64,000 nt of DNA from Minisyncoccota bacterium (GTDB taxonomy: Bacteria > Patescibacteriota > Minisyncoccia > Phycocordibacterales > PALSA-1337). Where the stretch lies: assembly GCA_018060945.1 (NCBI GenBank), contig JAGOVB010000001.1:5238-69237 (forward strand). The letters run 5' to 3'. The position numbers and the translations under genes were made by a program. Under the pieces are notes generated by a model. It saw only the letters and a list, made by a program, of their open reading frames with translations, ran no database searches and was not told where the DNA came from. Positions 1 through 10,159 of this stretch are shown here, piece after piece. Each line of letters opens with the position of its first letter. Position 1 is the stretch's first letter.

Positions 1-120
1 ACTAGTTCGATGCCCGATGTAACAGACGGTTCTTCTCTGGTCGATGCTCTTCACTCAGTCGGTGGCAATGTCCCACATTTTGTAAATCATTTGGTAGATA
101 TGGCACTCGAAAGCAAATAA
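1..120 (+). CDS. 3' end of an unidentified CDS (partial, runs off the window start)
   Basis: Frame 1 is open from position 1 to TAA at 118-120. No recognisable domain in the 39 residues. Confidence 0.3.
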   Translation, partial: TSSMPDVTDGSSLVDALHSVGGNVPHFVNHLVDMALESK

Positions 121-356
121 AAAGGAGTGATCCGCCTTCCCGCAGACCACTCCCCGAGCCGAAGCGATTACAGTTCACTCGCTACGGTAACGCCAGTGAC
201 AATTGCCAGACAGCTGAACAGTGCTGCAAATTCCAGCAAAAACAGTGTAGTCATAGCATATATAATGCTACTCTCGTTAAAAAAGGTGTCAAGGAATAAC
301 TTTGCAAAAACAATAATTTAAGCTATACTAACCATCGTTAAATAAATAGCCCTTAC

Positions 357-429
357 GGGCCTGTAGCTCAGTTGGTAGAGCAGTCGCTTTGCAAGCGAAA
401 GGTCAGGAGTTCGACTCTCCTCAGGTCCA
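357..429 (+). tRNA. tRNA-Ala (anticodon TGC)
   Basis: Cloverleaf by eye: acceptor GGGCCTG/CAGGTCC with the G3:U70 Ala identity pair, D-stem GCTC/GAGC, anticodon loop TTTGCAA, T-arm AGGAG-TTCGACT-CTCCT, discriminator A. No encoded CCA. Confidence 0.85.
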
Positions 430-433
430 CAAA

Positions 434-919
434 ATGAGTATCCCCGAATTTGGTCTCAAACGCGAAAACGAAGAACGACGTGACGGTGGTTGCGGTATTG
501 TGTATGATCCTCAAACTAAAAAGTTTGCAGTCGGTGAGCAGCACGATACTGGCATGTATCGATTATTTTCTGGTGGAGTTGATGTGGGTGAAGATATAGA
601 ACAAGGCGTAGTTCGTGAAGTCAAAGAGGAGAGCGGACTGTATGATTTTGCACGAATTGAAAAAGTAGCTGAGGCGATGTCGCATTATCGAAATGATTTA
701 AGAAATGTAAATCGAGTCGCGCATGCCACCTGCTTTTTAATAGTGGTAAATAGTACAAAAACAGAAGAAGTGCATCTGGAAGCACATGAAAAATTTTCAC
801 TTGTTTGGGTAACTGAAGAAGAACTTTTAAAGAACTGGAGCGAACGGAACCAAAACAAAGATCTGGATCATTGGGTTTACTTTTTTAGTCTTGCCAAAGA
901 AAAATTGGGGATAAAGTAG
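434..919 (+). CDS. Nudix (MutT-family) hydrolase
   Basis: Nudix box GGVDVGEDIEQGVVREVKEESGL (GX5EX7REUXEEXGU). Start moved to the ATG at 434 because the tracked ORF start at 389 lies inside the tRNA. Confidence 0.75.
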   Translation: MSIPEFGLKRENEERRDGGCGIVYDPQTKKFAVGEQHDTGMYRLFSGGVDVGEDIEQGVVREVKEESGLYDFARIEKVAEAMSHYRNDLRNVNRVAHATCFLIVVNSTKTEEVHLEAHEKFSLVWVTEEELLKNWSERNQNKDLDHWVYFFSLAKEKLGIK

Positions 920-945
920 AAAGACATTAGTGATACACTGCTGTC

Positions 946-1536
946 ATGAATGTTCTTTTTGTCGCAGAAGGCCTAGGGCACTTCTTGTTTTTCGTTGTCG
1001 CCTGCTCCTTTGCAGAGTGGGGGCTCCACAATTACATCATGCACCGGCCGTTTCAGTTACTGTTTTGGCGGCTTGTGTATGCATTCAAAGCACATGCACT
1101 TGTGCATCACGTCATCTACAAAGCAGACTACACCTATCATGCACAAGAAGGGGATGATGGGAAAAAAATACCGATGGCGTGGTGGAATTCTTTCGTGATC
1201 ATCGCGATTGGTTGCAGCCTGCTCACATGGTATTTTTGGTTCTTTGGCTGGAAGTGGTTGCTACTCGCCATCCCTACTATGTTTGCATACTACGGTGTGT
1301 ATGAGTACATACACTGGTGTATGCACTTGCCGAAAGCGCGGAGGATTGAACAGTCTTGGATCTTCTTCCGCTTGAACGGCCATCATTTGCTCCACCACCG
1401 GTACATGAACAAGAACTTTAATGTTGTGTTACCGCTCGCGGACTGGGTTCTAGGGACCCTTTTGTTGCGAGCAAAGACACGCTTTGCTCAGGCCCGAGGG
1501 CCTTCTGTACCAGACGTACAGCCATTAACAGCTTGA
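946..1536 (+). CDS. Fatty acid hydroxylase / sterol desaturase family membrane protein
   Basis: Multi-TM protein with histidine boxes (HxxxH, HHVIY, HHLLHHR) typical of di-iron membrane hydroxylases/desaturases. Confidence 0.55.
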   Translation: MNVLFVAEGLGHFLFFVVACSFAEWGLHNYIMHRPFQLLFWRLVYAFKAHALVHHVIYKADYTYHAQEGDDGKKIPMAWWNSFVIIAIGCSLLTWYFWFFGWKWLLLAIPTMFAYYGVYEYIHWCMHLPKARRIEQSWIFFRLNGHHLLHHRYMNKNFNVVLPLADWVLGTLLLRAKTRFAQARGPSVPDVQPLTA

Positions 1537-1606
1537 AAAAGCCCGAAAAGCGCAGGTCGTGACAGGACTTGCGCTTTCCATTTATATATGATATAATGTA
1601 ATTGTT

Positions 1607-1816
1607 ATGGAATTAATCGAAATATTAATTGAAGAAGTGTTCGGTATGGTAATAGATGGAATCAGCCTCCTATTTAGCGAGGGTATTCCATTCCTTTTTA
1701 AATTTGTGAACATTGTCCTATGGGCTATGGCGGGAGCGATCCTCCTTCCGATGGTCTTTGTATCGGGAAATATATATCCGATGTGGGAAAAATGGGCAGA
1801 AAATTTGAAAAGCTAA
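1607..1816 (+). CDS. Small hydrophobic membrane protein
   Basis: 69 aa ORF with two predicted TM helices. No homology recognised. Confidence 0.3.
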   Translation: MELIEILIEEVFGMVIDGISLLFSEGIPFLFKFVNIVLWAMAGAILLPMVFVSGNIYPMWEKWAENLKS

Positions 1817-1836
1817 AACTATGCTAGAATAGCTGC

Positions 1837-3096
1837 ATGAATAGCTTTTTCCGAAATCTATCCATCGGTTACTTCCTCGCGTATCGTGATATCAAGAAAG
1901 CTAATATCTGGACCACTCTCCTTATCGTAACCGTGATGGTACTAACATTCCTGAACCTTATCGTGGTTTCAGGAATTTTAGTTGGTCTCATCGAGGGTGC
2001 AGTTGTTGCAAACCGGGACCGATATTCCTCTGATGTGTTTGTTTCTACTTTGTTAAAGAAGAATTATGTTGAGAATAGCGGTGAGATCATCGACTTTGTT
2101 AAAACATACCCAGGTGTTGAGGCTTACTCTGCTCGATATTCTGAGAGTGGCCGCATAGAGACAAACTATAAAAACCGAACTCGACTGACAGATGAGCCAG
2201 ACCAAGCAGGGGCAAGCGTGGCTGGGATCGACCCCATTGCAGAAAACAATCTTACCGGAATCGCAAAATATGTAATAGAAGGGGAGTTTCTTACACCAGA
2301 CGATACTGATTCGGTTGTAATAGGAGCAAACCTTTTGTATAAGTACACACCGATCGAGGCCCCTGGCTTTCAGACGCTCAAAGATGTTGAGGTCGGGTCA
2401 AAGGTTCGCCTTGTCCTTGCAGGTAATACTCGTGAAGTTACTGTAAAGGGAATTATAAAAGCAAAGGCTGATTCGATCGATCAGCGTGTGTTTATGGTGG
2501 ACACATATATGAAAAAACTTATTGGACGAAATGATTTCAATGTCGATGAGATTTCTATAAAAGTGAACCCTGCTATTTCGACAGCAGTACAAGTAAAACA
2601 AGCCCTCATCGAACAAGGTTTTGATTCATATGCAAAAGTACAAACATGGGAAGATGCTCAGCCAAAGTTTTTGAAAGACATTCAAACAACATTTGCATTG
2701 CTTGGAAATATGATCGGTACTATTGGCCTAGCTGTTGCATGTATTACAATATTTATTATTATTTTCGTAAATGCGATTACTCGTCGACGTTTCATCGGTA
2801 TTTTGAAAGGAATCGGAATCAACTCTCAAGCGATTGAGATCTCATATGTCGTTCAGTCTCTTTTTTATGCATTAAGTGGTATTGTATTGGGTGCCCTGAT
2901 AGTATTTGGCTTCCTTCAGCCGTACATTGCAGCTCACCCGGTAAACTTCCCGTTTAGCGATGGTATATTGGTAGCTACAGCATCAGGAACGTTTGTCCGA
3001 GCGGTGATCCTGCTTATTGCTACCCTTATCGCAGGGTATATCCCAGCCAGAATCGTGGTCAAACAAAATACGCTCGATGCGATATTAGGAAGATAA
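1837..3096 (+). CDS. ABC transporter permease (FtsX/MacB family)
   Basis: N-terminal TM, large periplasmic domain, then three C-terminal TM helices, the FtsX-like topology. Immediately upstream of the ABC ATPase. Confidence 0.7.
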   Translation: MNSFFRNLSIGYFLAYRDIKKANIWTTLLIVTVMVLTFLNLIVVSGILVGLIEGAVVANRDRYSSDVFVSTLLKKNYVENSGEIIDFVKTYPGVEAYSARYSESGRIETNYKNRTRLTDEPDQAGASVAGIDPIAENNLTGIAKYVIEGEFLTPDDTDSVVIGANLLYKYTPIEAPGFQTLKDVEVGSKVRLVLAGNTREVTVKGIIKAKADSIDQRVFMVDTYMKKLIGRNDFNVDEISIKVNPAISTAVQVKQALIEQGFDSYAKVQTWEDAQPKFLKDIQTTFALLGNMIGTIGLAVACITIFIIIFVNAITRRRFIGILKGIGINSQAIEISYVVQSLFYALSGIVLGALIVFGFLQPYIAAHPVNFPFSDGILVATASGTFVRAVILLIATLIAGYIPARIVVKQNTLDAILGR

Positions 3097-3097
3097 T

Positions 3098-3778
3098 ATG
3101 ATCAAAACAAAAGGACTTACAAAAAAATATGTAACTGGGGCTGGAGAACTACTGGCGCTCAATAATATCGACCTCTCACTTAAGGAGGGCGAGTTTTTGG
3201 CGATCACTGGACGTTCTGGATCAGGTAAAAGTACACTACTGTATCAGCTTGGTCTATTGGATCGTCCAACATCAGGCTCGATAGAAATGGGTGGAAAGGA
3301 TGTATTGAAACTAAGTGAAGATGAGCGAACAAATTTTAGACTGAAGGAACTCGGTTATGTATTCCAGGATTATGCTGTTCTACCTGCTTTGACTGCATTA
3401 GAAAATACAATGCTTCCACTGCTTATGCTTGGGTATGATATGAAACATGCAAAGAAAAAAGCTGAGCACGCACTTACACGCGTCGGCTTGGGGGATAGGA
3501 TGATCAACTACCCATCACAGTTGTCGGGGGGACAGCAGCAACGCGTCGCTATTGCTCGAGCCATTGCACATTCACCAAAAATTTTGTTTGCCGATGAGCC
3601 AACTGCGAACCTCGACTCAGAAACTTCAGAGGTGATCCTCGGTGTATTTATCGACCTTCACAAAGAAGGTCAAACCATCGTCATGGTTACCCACGAAAAA
3701 GACTATGCCGCACTCACTGATCGCATTATTGAGCTTTCTGATGGTAAGATAGTAGACGACTATAAAGCTAAAAAATAA
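3098..3778 (+). CDS. ABC transporter ATP-binding protein (MacB/LolD-like)
   Basis: Walker [10 protein letters not shown], signature [14 protein letters not shown], Walker B ILFADEPT. Confidence 0.9.
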   Translation: MIKTKGLTKKYVTGAGELLALNNIDLSLKEGEFLAITGRSGSGKSTLLYQLGLLDRPTSGSIEMGGKDVLKLSEDERTNFRLKELGYVFQDYAVLPALTALENTMLPLLMLGYDMKHAKKKAEHALTRVGLGDRMINYPSQLSGGQQQRVAIARAIAHSPKILFADEPTANLDSETSEVILGVFIDLHKEGQTIVMVTHEKDYAALTDRIIELSDGKIVDDYKAKK

Positions 3779-5124
3779 TGAATCCTACTATTTTCGTCAT
3801 ATTCGGTATCACAGGAGATTTGGCACAACGAAAACTTTTGCCATCGCTTTTGTCATTGTATGTAAAAAAACTTCTCCCCGAAAAGTTCGCAATCATCGGC
3901 GTGTCTCGCCGCATGCTTTCTCGCGAAGAATTTCGGCAATTTGTTCGAGATGAGATCAATATTAAGTTTGGTCAGTATCGTGAGGAAGATGTAAAACATT
4001 TTCTAGATCACATGTCATATGTGCAGGGCTCTTTTGATACAGACGATATGTACACACGCCTTGCAGAGCGACTACAGTCGATCGACAAACAACAGTTTAA
4101 AACCTGTTCAAACAAACTATTCCATCTTTCAGTTCCACCGACACTGTACGAAAATATTCTCGATCACCTTTCGAATTCTGGACTGACGCTTCCATGCGGA
4201 GGTGATGAAGGTTGGACTCGAGTACTCATCGAAAAGCCTTTTGGAAATGATAGCGAGACAGCAAAAAAGCTTGATAAAAAGCTCGGGGAACTTTTCAAAG
4301 AAGATCAGATTTTCAGAATCGACCACTATTTAGCAAAAGAGGCTTTACAGAATATCTTGGTATTTCGTTTTGCTAACTCACTATTTGAGCCAATTTGGAA
4401 TAACAAACACATCGACAAGGTGCACATCAAACTTTTTGAAAAAATAGATTTAGAAGGAAGAGGTGCGTTTTATGACAATGTGGGAGCACTACGAGATGTG
4501 GGACAAAACCACGTATTACAAATGCTTGCACTCATTGCTATGGAGCAACCAGAGGTACTAGATGCTGAGCACATTCGCAAGGAGCGCGCAAAGATTTTAA
4601 AAAATTTGCAGTGCGAAGATATAGTCCGTGGGCAGTATTCAGGCTATCGTGAAGAAAAAGGTGTGGCGGACGGCTCGATGACTGAAACATATTTTAGAAT
4701 CGAAGCACATATCGATACAGGTCGATGGAAAAAGACCCCATTCTTTCTGGAAAGCGGTAAGGCGCTCGATGAAGCAAAGACAGAGATCGATATCTATTTC
4801 AAAAATAAAACTGAAGAGCAAAATATTCTCACTTTTAGAATCCAACCTGACGAGGGGATCAAGATCCGATTTTGGGTTAAAAAGCCTGGGCTTGGTATGG
4901 AAATCGAAGCAAAACCACTCAAGTTCAAGTATTCTGACTTCCCAAGTAAGGAGTCGATCCCTGATGCATATGAAAAGGTGATCTATGATGCTTTTGTCGG
5001 TGATCAGACCTTATTTACAAGCACTGATGAGGTACTCGCGGCGTGGAAGTTCATCACTCCTATACTAAAAAACTGGGGCGACTTGCCACTCGAGAGGTAT
5101 CCGAAGGGTTCGCGACCAGAATAA
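3778..5124 (+). CDS. zwf: Glucose-6-phosphate 1-dehydrogenase
   Basis: N-terminal GITGDLAQRKLLPSL NADP-binding motif and the RIDHYLAKE active-site motif. 448 aa. TAATG overlap with the preceding gene. Confidence 0.9.
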   Translation: MNPTIFVIFGITGDLAQRKLLPSLLSLYVKKLLPEKFAIIGVSRRMLSREEFRQFVRDEINIKFGQYREEDVKHFLDHMSYVQGSFDTDDMYTRLAERLQSIDKQQFKTCSNKLFHLSVPPTLYENILDHLSNSGLTLPCGGDEGWTRVLIEKPFGNDSETAKKLDKKLGELFKEDQIFRIDHYLAKEALQNILVFRFANSLFEPIWNNKHIDKVHIKLFEKIDLEGRGAFYDNVGALRDVGQNHVLQMLALIAMEQPEVLDAEHIRKERAKILKNLQCEDIVRGQYSGYREEKGVADGSMTETYFRIEAHIDTGRWKKTPFFLESGKALDEAKTEIDIYFKNKTEEQNILTFRIQPDEGIKIRFWVKKPGLGMEIEAKPLKFKYSDFPSKESIPDAYEKVIYDAFVGDQTLFTSTDEVLAAWKFITPILKNWGDLPLERYPKGSRPE

Positions 5125-5126
5125 TT

Positions 5127-6857
5127 ATGAAAAAATTTATCAAGCAAAATATCGTTGCATTCATACTGTTTAACATCCTGTACTCCTTGCTTTTTCTAAG
5201 TTTCGTATTTATCCCTGATAGCAGGCAGACCTCACTTTTTCCAGCGCAATATTTCCAAGATGTAGGTAGTAGTGTGGGAAATCTCAGTGCTTCAGTCAAT
5301 AGTATCTTTGTTGAGCTGACCTACTCTAATTTGGCAAGTGGGGTGATGACGGTGTTCATTGTTATTATTCCAGTGTGTTTGCTCGTCACGTCTGTACTTT
5401 TTTTTAGGAGAAATAGGACGCTCTGGGTAATACCATTGTTTATTATATTTTGTACTGCTTACATAATCTCATTGGTTCTTACTCCACAGATAACGACTAT
5501 TCCTACTTTGTTTAGTTACGCTACACAAAATTTAAAAAGAATAGAACCGAGTTATGCTGGCAGTATTGCTGATCCTGAAAAAATAAAGTCCATACTTTCA
5601 AACAGTCCACAAAGAGTGGAAGTGATTTCGGGTTACGGTAACTATAATGAAGCTGTAAATATACTGACAGCTGGGAAACTAAATCAGTACAAGACTATGA
5701 TTGTGCCCACAGCCGCGATCCATCTTGCTTGGAAAGAGGGGTCAGAAACGATTCGAGATGATATGCAAGCTCTTTACTACTATCCCGAAACTCACCGCTT
5801 GGTGGTGAATCGACTAGATGGACTAGATAGCTTTATTGAGTTTCTCTCTATAGACATGATTTCGGATATTGGTAATGAACAACTAAAAAAACTTGTTATA
5901 AAAAAGGGAAATCCAGATGAGTACCGAATTGTTCAACCACAAGAGTATGCAAAATACTACATTGATAAGATTAAACAGAATAATCGGAATAATATTAACT
6001 CAGACTTGGCTATCAAAAATAAGAATCTTGCAGTAGTTAAAGATTGCGAAACTATTAACGCTGAGAACACTAAATTAATTGTGGAACAGAAAACAGATTA
6101 CCAGCTTAACTGCGTAAGTCGAGTACGCTATAGTGACTGTGCAGATTTCAAACTACGCATAGATGAAAACGTAGAGATTTCAAGAAAAACAAATTTATCT
6201 TGTGTTGCTGAAATAGCAAAAGTTAAAAAATACAATGCTGAAATAGATATGGCGGTAAAAACCTCAGTTGAAAGTATTCGTGAAATAGACACTTCTGGTA
6301 CGCTTGAGCGTAATAAAGCAGAGCAAGGGACAGGAGTGTTTATATACCCATCAACAATCTATATCAAGTCGGATCCTTTTACTCATGCCATAATTCCGGC
6401 CTCTGTTCATGAGTTCTTACACTACATCACATCAACACCTTCACGTGATTTACCTGTATCTGTTGACGAAGGTATGACCGACTACCTCACACTGAGATCG
6501 CTAGGGTACGATAAATATCTTACGGTTGCTTATTCTGGATATTATGCAGAAATTCAAATTTTGTATTCACTTCTCGAGAAAATTCCTTTTGATGAAATGG
6601 TGGGTGCGTATATTGCGGGAAGTGAAAGCGGCTTTAGGAAATTATTTGAAAAATACTTTCCTGGAGTGTCATATGAGAAATTTATCTCATTGAGTACTGA
6701 TGTGTACAATACCACATACAAGTTTAAAGGTAATGAAAGAGTAATTAATGCTTTAGGTGATCGAGAGTATATATGGACACAGGATGTGGTTGGGATTCGA
6801 AGATTTCTTGGCCTCGAAGATTTTATCTGGTATAGTAACCCCAATAATAATTTTTAA
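5127..6857 (+). CDS. Membrane protein with large extracytoplasmic domain and HExxH motif (putative zincin-like)
   Basis: N-terminal polytopic TM region followed by a roughly 400 aa soluble domain containing HEFLH. Start set at the ATG at 5127, just after the zwf stop. Confidence 0.4.
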   Translation: MKKFIKQNIVAFILFNILYSLLFLSFVFIPDSRQTSLFPAQYFQDVGSSVGNLSASVNSIFVELTYSNLASGVMTVFIVIIPVCLLVTSVLFFRRNRTLWVIPLFIIFCTAYIISLVLTPQITTIPTLFSYATQNLKRIEPSYAGSIADPEKIKSILSNSPQRVEVISGYGNYNEAVNILTAGKLNQYKTMIVPTAAIHLAWKEGSETIRDDMQALYYYPETHRLVVNRLDGLDSFIEFLSIDMISDIGNEQLKKLVIKKGNPDEYRIVQPQEYAKYYIDKIKQNNRNNINSDLAIKNKNLAVVKDCETINAENTKLIVEQKTDYQLNCVSRVRYSDCADFKLRIDENVEISRKTNLSCVAEIAKVKKYNAEIDMAVKTSVESIREIDTSGTLERNKAEQGTGVFIYPSTIYIKSDPFTHAIIPASVHEFLHYITSTPSRDLPVSVDEGMTDYLTLRSLGYDKYLTVAYSGYYAEIQILYSLLEKIPFDEMVGAYIAGSESGFRKLFEKYFPGVSYEKFISLSTDVYNTTYKFKGNERVINALGDREYIWTQDVVGIRRFLGLEDFIWYSNPNNNF

Positions 6858-6860
6858 CCC

Positions 6861-7094
6861 ATGGGAATATTTCAAAATTTTGTAATGAAGCAGATGATAA
6901 AAAAGCAGCTCAAGAGTCTGCCTCAAAAGGAGCAGGATCGTATTATCGCTGCAGTAGAAAGCAATCCTGATTTTTTCATGAAGATTGCAGAGGAGATAAA
7001 AGAAAAGATGAATGGTGGCATGGGTCAGACTGAAGCTTCTATGGCTGTCATGCGAAAGCATCAAGCAGAATTACAGAAGATAATGATGCCATAA
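6861..7094 (+). CDS. Hypothetical small protein
   Basis: 77 aa ORF in the same orientation, tightly packed. No recognised motif. Confidence 0.35.
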   Translation: MGIFQNFVMKQMIKKQLKSLPQKEQDRIIAAVESNPDFFMKIAEEIKEKMNGGMGQTEASMAVMRKHQAELQKIMMP

Positions 7095-7132
7095 GTGGTT
7101 TTTTGATACGAAGTACGCTAGTATAAACTCCT

Positions 7133-8167
7133 ATGTCACTATCCATTGGTATTGTTGGTCTCCCAAACGTCGGAAAATCTACACTTTTCACCGCTCTTAC
7201 AAAAAAGAGCGTGCTCATTGCGAACTATCCTTTTGCGACGATCGATCCATCGGTCGGAGTGGTTGCTGTGCCCGATGAGCGCCTATACAAACTCGCAGAG
7301 TTTTCTAAAACTCAAAAGACAGTTCCTGCTGCGGTAGAGTTCGTAGATATTGCCGGTCTCGTAAAGGGAGCTTCGTCTGGAGAAGGTTTGGGAAATAAGT
7401 TCCTCACAAATATTCGTGAGACTGATGCGATCGCTCACGTGGTGCGAATTTTCCAAGACGACAACATTATCCACGTCGATGGAAAGATCGATCCGATCAC
7501 TGATATCGAGATCATTAACATGGAGCTCATCATGGCCGATATGGAGACTGTTACAAAGCGTCTCGGAAACCTCCAAAAAGAAATAAAGGCAAACAAAAAA
7601 GAAGCGTTGATAGAAGCCGGTCTTTTAGAACGAATTAAAACTGCTCTGACTGCAAACAAACTTGCAAACACTGTAGAGGCATCAGAAGCTGAAGCCCCTT
7701 TTCTGAAATCATTCCACCTCCTTACTTCTAAGCCTGTTTTATATGTATTAAATAAAAAAGGAAATACCGTAGTTCCAGAAAACCTCATAGAATATTTTAA
7801 AAGCCAAAATGCAAAGTGGGTGGCGGTAGATGCTGCGACCGAGCATGATATGAAAGATTTTTCTGATGAAGATAAAAAAGCGATGCGAGAAGGCGATGGT
7901 GGAATCGATAATTTGATCAAAGCTGGATACGAGCTCCTCGGGTTGATTACCTATTTCACCACTGGAGAAAAAGAAACTCGGGCGTGGACAATTGTAAAAG
8001 GTTGGACAGCACCGATGGCAGGAACTGCGATTCACAACGATTTCAAAGATAAGTTTATCAAAGCAGACGTGATCGCTTGGGATGAGCTTTTGAAAAAAGG
8101 AAACTGGAGAACAGAGGGAAAAGAGTATGTGGTAAAGGATGGAGATGTGATGGAGTTCAAGGTTTAG
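7133..8167 (+). CDS. ychF: Ribosome-binding ATPase YchF (Obg-family GTPase)
   Basis: G1 motif [12 protein letters not shown], YchF-type G-domain, and a C-terminal TGS domain ([28 protein letters not shown]). Confidence 0.9.
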   Translation: MSLSIGIVGLPNVGKSTLFTALTKKSVLIANYPFATIDPSVGVVAVPDERLYKLAEFSKTQKTVPAAVEFVDIAGLVKGASSGEGLGNKFLTNIRETDAIAHVVRIFQDDNIIHVDGKIDPITDIEIINMELIMADMETVTKRLGNLQKEIKANKKEALIEAGLLERIKTALTANKLANTVEASEAEAPFLKSFHLLTSKPVLYVLNKKGNTVVPENLIEYFKSQNAKWVAVDAATEHDMKDFSDEDKKAMREGDGGIDNLIKAGYELLGLITYFTTGEKETRAWTIVKGWTAPMAGTAIHNDFKDKFIKADVIAWDELLKKGNWRTEGKEYVVKDGDVMEFKV

Positions 8168-8260
8168 GCATATTGACAAAGACATTCTACTGTGTTATAC
8201 TTATTACGTAGGTATAGTTCTTTGAAAGTAGATAAGTTGAGTTTGGAAGGAAGACCGTAA

Positions 8261-8806
8261 TTGGCCTGCTGGCATCACGCCAAGCGAATTATTGTCCTTC
8301 CAACCACACTCAACTTTATGACCAATACCAACCTTGAAAAATACGAAATCTTCTACCCTATTAAAGGAAAGACTCTTCGGGAGCAGTTAGTCGGCAAGAA
8401 ACTTGCTGGCGTCGCTGTCATGAAGGAAATAATCAAGCGAGCCAAAAAACTTACGCTTGAGGAACGCCTGAAAATGTTTCCCGAGAGTTGGGGAGCTTTC
8501 AGTAGTAGCGGTCGGGATTTTTACTTCCCTGAAACGGAAGTAGTTGACCCAAGACCGATTTACCAGCACAGCATTCCTGAGGAAGTGCCAGGGAGGATTG
8601 TGAAGGGCATTCATTGGAGCAAGCAGGAAGACGGATTCTTCGGTTCGAGTCCTGAACACTGCGTGAATGTGATTGTATGCGAAACTCCTTATTACATCAG
8701 AACGACTTTCGAGTCTATCCTTGATCTCGTCGTGGGGTGCGATGAACACCACAACGAATGGATACCATCATATGGAATCATAATTGAAAAGGGAGAAGCT
8801 CAATAA
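8261..8806 (+). CDS. Hypothetical protein
   Basis: 181 aa ORF. An alternative start is the ATG at 8318. No recognised domain. Confidence 0.35.
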   Translation: MACWHHAKRIIVLPTTLNFMTNTNLEKYEIFYPIKGKTLREQLVGKKLAGVAVMKEIIKRAKKLTLEERLKMFPESWGAFSSSGRDFYFPETEVVDPRPIYQHSIPEEVPGRIVKGIHWSKQEDGFFGSSPEHCVNVIVCETPYYIRTTFESILDLVVGCDEHHNEWIPSYGIIIEKGEAQ

Positions 8807-9006
8807 TGGTGGTCCGTCCACTCGGTGAAGCAACCGCGAGTTCAATCCTCGTAAAACTTTCAAACAGAACGCACGACCTTCGGGTACGGCGCTCTTTTTC
8901 TTTTAGAAGATGGTGGTGCTATTGAGTTTAAGGTCTAGGTCTACTTTTTATAAAATTTCTTATAGCATAAAATGCAAATAGAATAAAACTAAGCTATTAT
9001 TTATCC

Positions 9007-9471
9007 ATGAACTACTGGCTCGTAAAATCTGAGGAACAATGCTACTCGATTGATGATCTCAAAAAAGAGAAACGAACTGCCTGGGAGGGTGTTCGCAATT
9101 TTCAAGCCCGCAATTTTATGAAAGATGGGATGAAGGTGGGGGATCTCGTCCTCTTTTATCACTCGATGTCCGATCCCACAGGTGTATATGGGATCGCAAA
9201 GGTAGTCAGTGCTACCCACATCGACGAGTCAGCACTTGATCCTAAAGACGAGCACTACGATCCTAAAGCAGTAAAATATCAAAAAGAAGGAAAAGATCCG
9301 CTGTGGGTCTGTGTTGATTTGCAGTTTGTTTCAAAATTTTCAAAGCCAGTTTCTCTCGAAGAGATAAAGCAAAATAAGCAATTGCAAGGAATGCTAGTGA
9401 CCAAACGTGGTCAGCGACTTTCAGTAATGCCTGTAGAGAAGAAACACTTTGAAATTATTCAAAAAATGTAA
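9007..9471 (+). CDS. EVE (PUA-like) domain protein
   Basis: MNYWLVKSEE...WEGVRNFQARNFMKDGMKVGDLVLFYHS matches the EVE/DUF55 signature. Confidence 0.75.
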   Translation: MNYWLVKSEEQCYSIDDLKKEKRTAWEGVRNFQARNFMKDGMKVGDLVLFYHSMSDPTGVYGIAKVVSATHIDESALDPKDEHYDPKAVKYQKEGKDPLWVCVDLQFVSKFSKPVSLEEIKQNKQLQGMLVTKRGQRLSVMPVEKKHFEIIQKM

Positions 9472-9478
9472 AACAAAA

Positions 9479-9501
9479 GCGAGTGGTCGTGAGCCACTCG
9501 C
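9479..9501 (-). terminator. Intrinsic terminator hairpin (serves the minus-strand small gene)
   Basis: GCGAGTGG-TCGTGAG-CCACTCGC perfect 8 bp stem. On the minus strand it is followed by TTTTGTTTT. On the plus strand no U-run follows. Confidence 0.5.
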
Positions 9502-9503
9502 TG

Positions 9504-9725
9504 CTAGAGGAGACTGCGCAATAAGCGAGCCCCATTTTCGACCAGCTGAAGCGTGAGTTTCAGAGTGAATCGAACGACCATCAGTGATCCTTTCAGATAC
9601 TGTGCTGCTACCTTGCTCATCACCTTCCGTCCCCCAAACATCGCTGCGACTCCGCATGAGATGAAGAAGAGGGAGAGAAAGAGAACGAACAGTGCGGACA
9701 AAGAGCTACCAATCGTGTCAATCAT
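9504..9725 (-). CDS. Small membrane protein (only clear minus-strand gene in the left 60 kb)
   Basis: ORF with a hydrophobic helix (SLSALFVLFLSLFFISCGVAAMFGG). Ends directly at the minus-strand terminator hairpin. Start taken at MIDTIGSS. Confidence 0.35.
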   Translation of the reverse strand: MIDTIGSSLSALFVLFLSLFFISCGVAAMFGGRKVMSKVAAQYLKGSLMVVRFTLKLTLQLVENGARLLRSLL

Positions 9726-9854
9726 GTATGTGTAATAGCATAGATTCAAGTATGTGTCAATATAGCTAGTCTTGCAATAGTTTTTTACTGCACTTTACAG
9801 ACAGTCCTAAAGATGGTATAAAATAGTCTGCTGTTCACTTCAAATCCTTATCTT

Positions 9855-10070
9855 ATGAATCCTGAGTTAAAAGAAGTAATGCAGGGAATCGCTTTTTATG
9901 GCGGTTCCATCATGTTCATCGTCTGCCTTTTTGTCCTGCTTGTGAGCCTGGTGCTTGCGAACTACTGGCGTGACGATGAAAATGCAAGAAAGTCGATCGT
10001 CAGCGTGTTTTGTTTGGCCTTCGGACTTGTCGCTGTAGCAGCGTTGCTCACTGGTTACAAACCTTGGTAA
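9855..10070 (+). CDS. Small membrane protein
   Basis: 71 aa with two TM helices. May overlap the leuS leader region. Confidence 0.3.
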   Translation: MNPELKEVMQGIAFYGGSIMFIVCLFVLLVSLVLANYWRDDENARKSIVSVFCLAFGLVAVAALLTGYKPW

Positions 10071-10159
10071 CTAGAACCCTCAACCTATCGCTCGCTGATC
10101 CATCCACGGACAGCGAGCTTTTCTTTTACATAATTTTTTATTTGTGGTATTTTAAATAC

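Noticed and set aside
121-180. The plus strand reads AAAGGAGTGATCC..., whose reverse complement ends ...GGATCACTCCTTT, resembling the 16S rRNA 3' anti-Shine-Dalgarno end. A tRNA-Ala gene lies nearby, as in rRNA operons.
   Set aside because: It is on the wrong strand relative to the tRNA-Ala, lacks the second C of CCTCC and shows no further 16S similarity. The downstream region is protein coding. Judged coincidental, possibly just an SD-like AAAGGAG.
127-321. 64 aa ORF upstream of tRNA-Ala.
   Set aside because: GTG start with no spacer after the SD-like sequence, low-complexity composition, lies in a tRNA promoter region. Judged likely spurious.
389-433. Tracked ORF 389..919 starts inside the tRNA-Ala.
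   Set aside because: The N-terminal 15 codons overlap the tRNA. The real Nudix start is placed at the ATG at 434.
8807-8900. Possible tRNA fragment: GCGAGTTCAATCCTCGT resembles a T-arm.
   Set aside because: No acceptor stem, D-arm or anticodon arm can be built. A probable terminator-like hairpin plus T-run follows. Not called as a tRNA.
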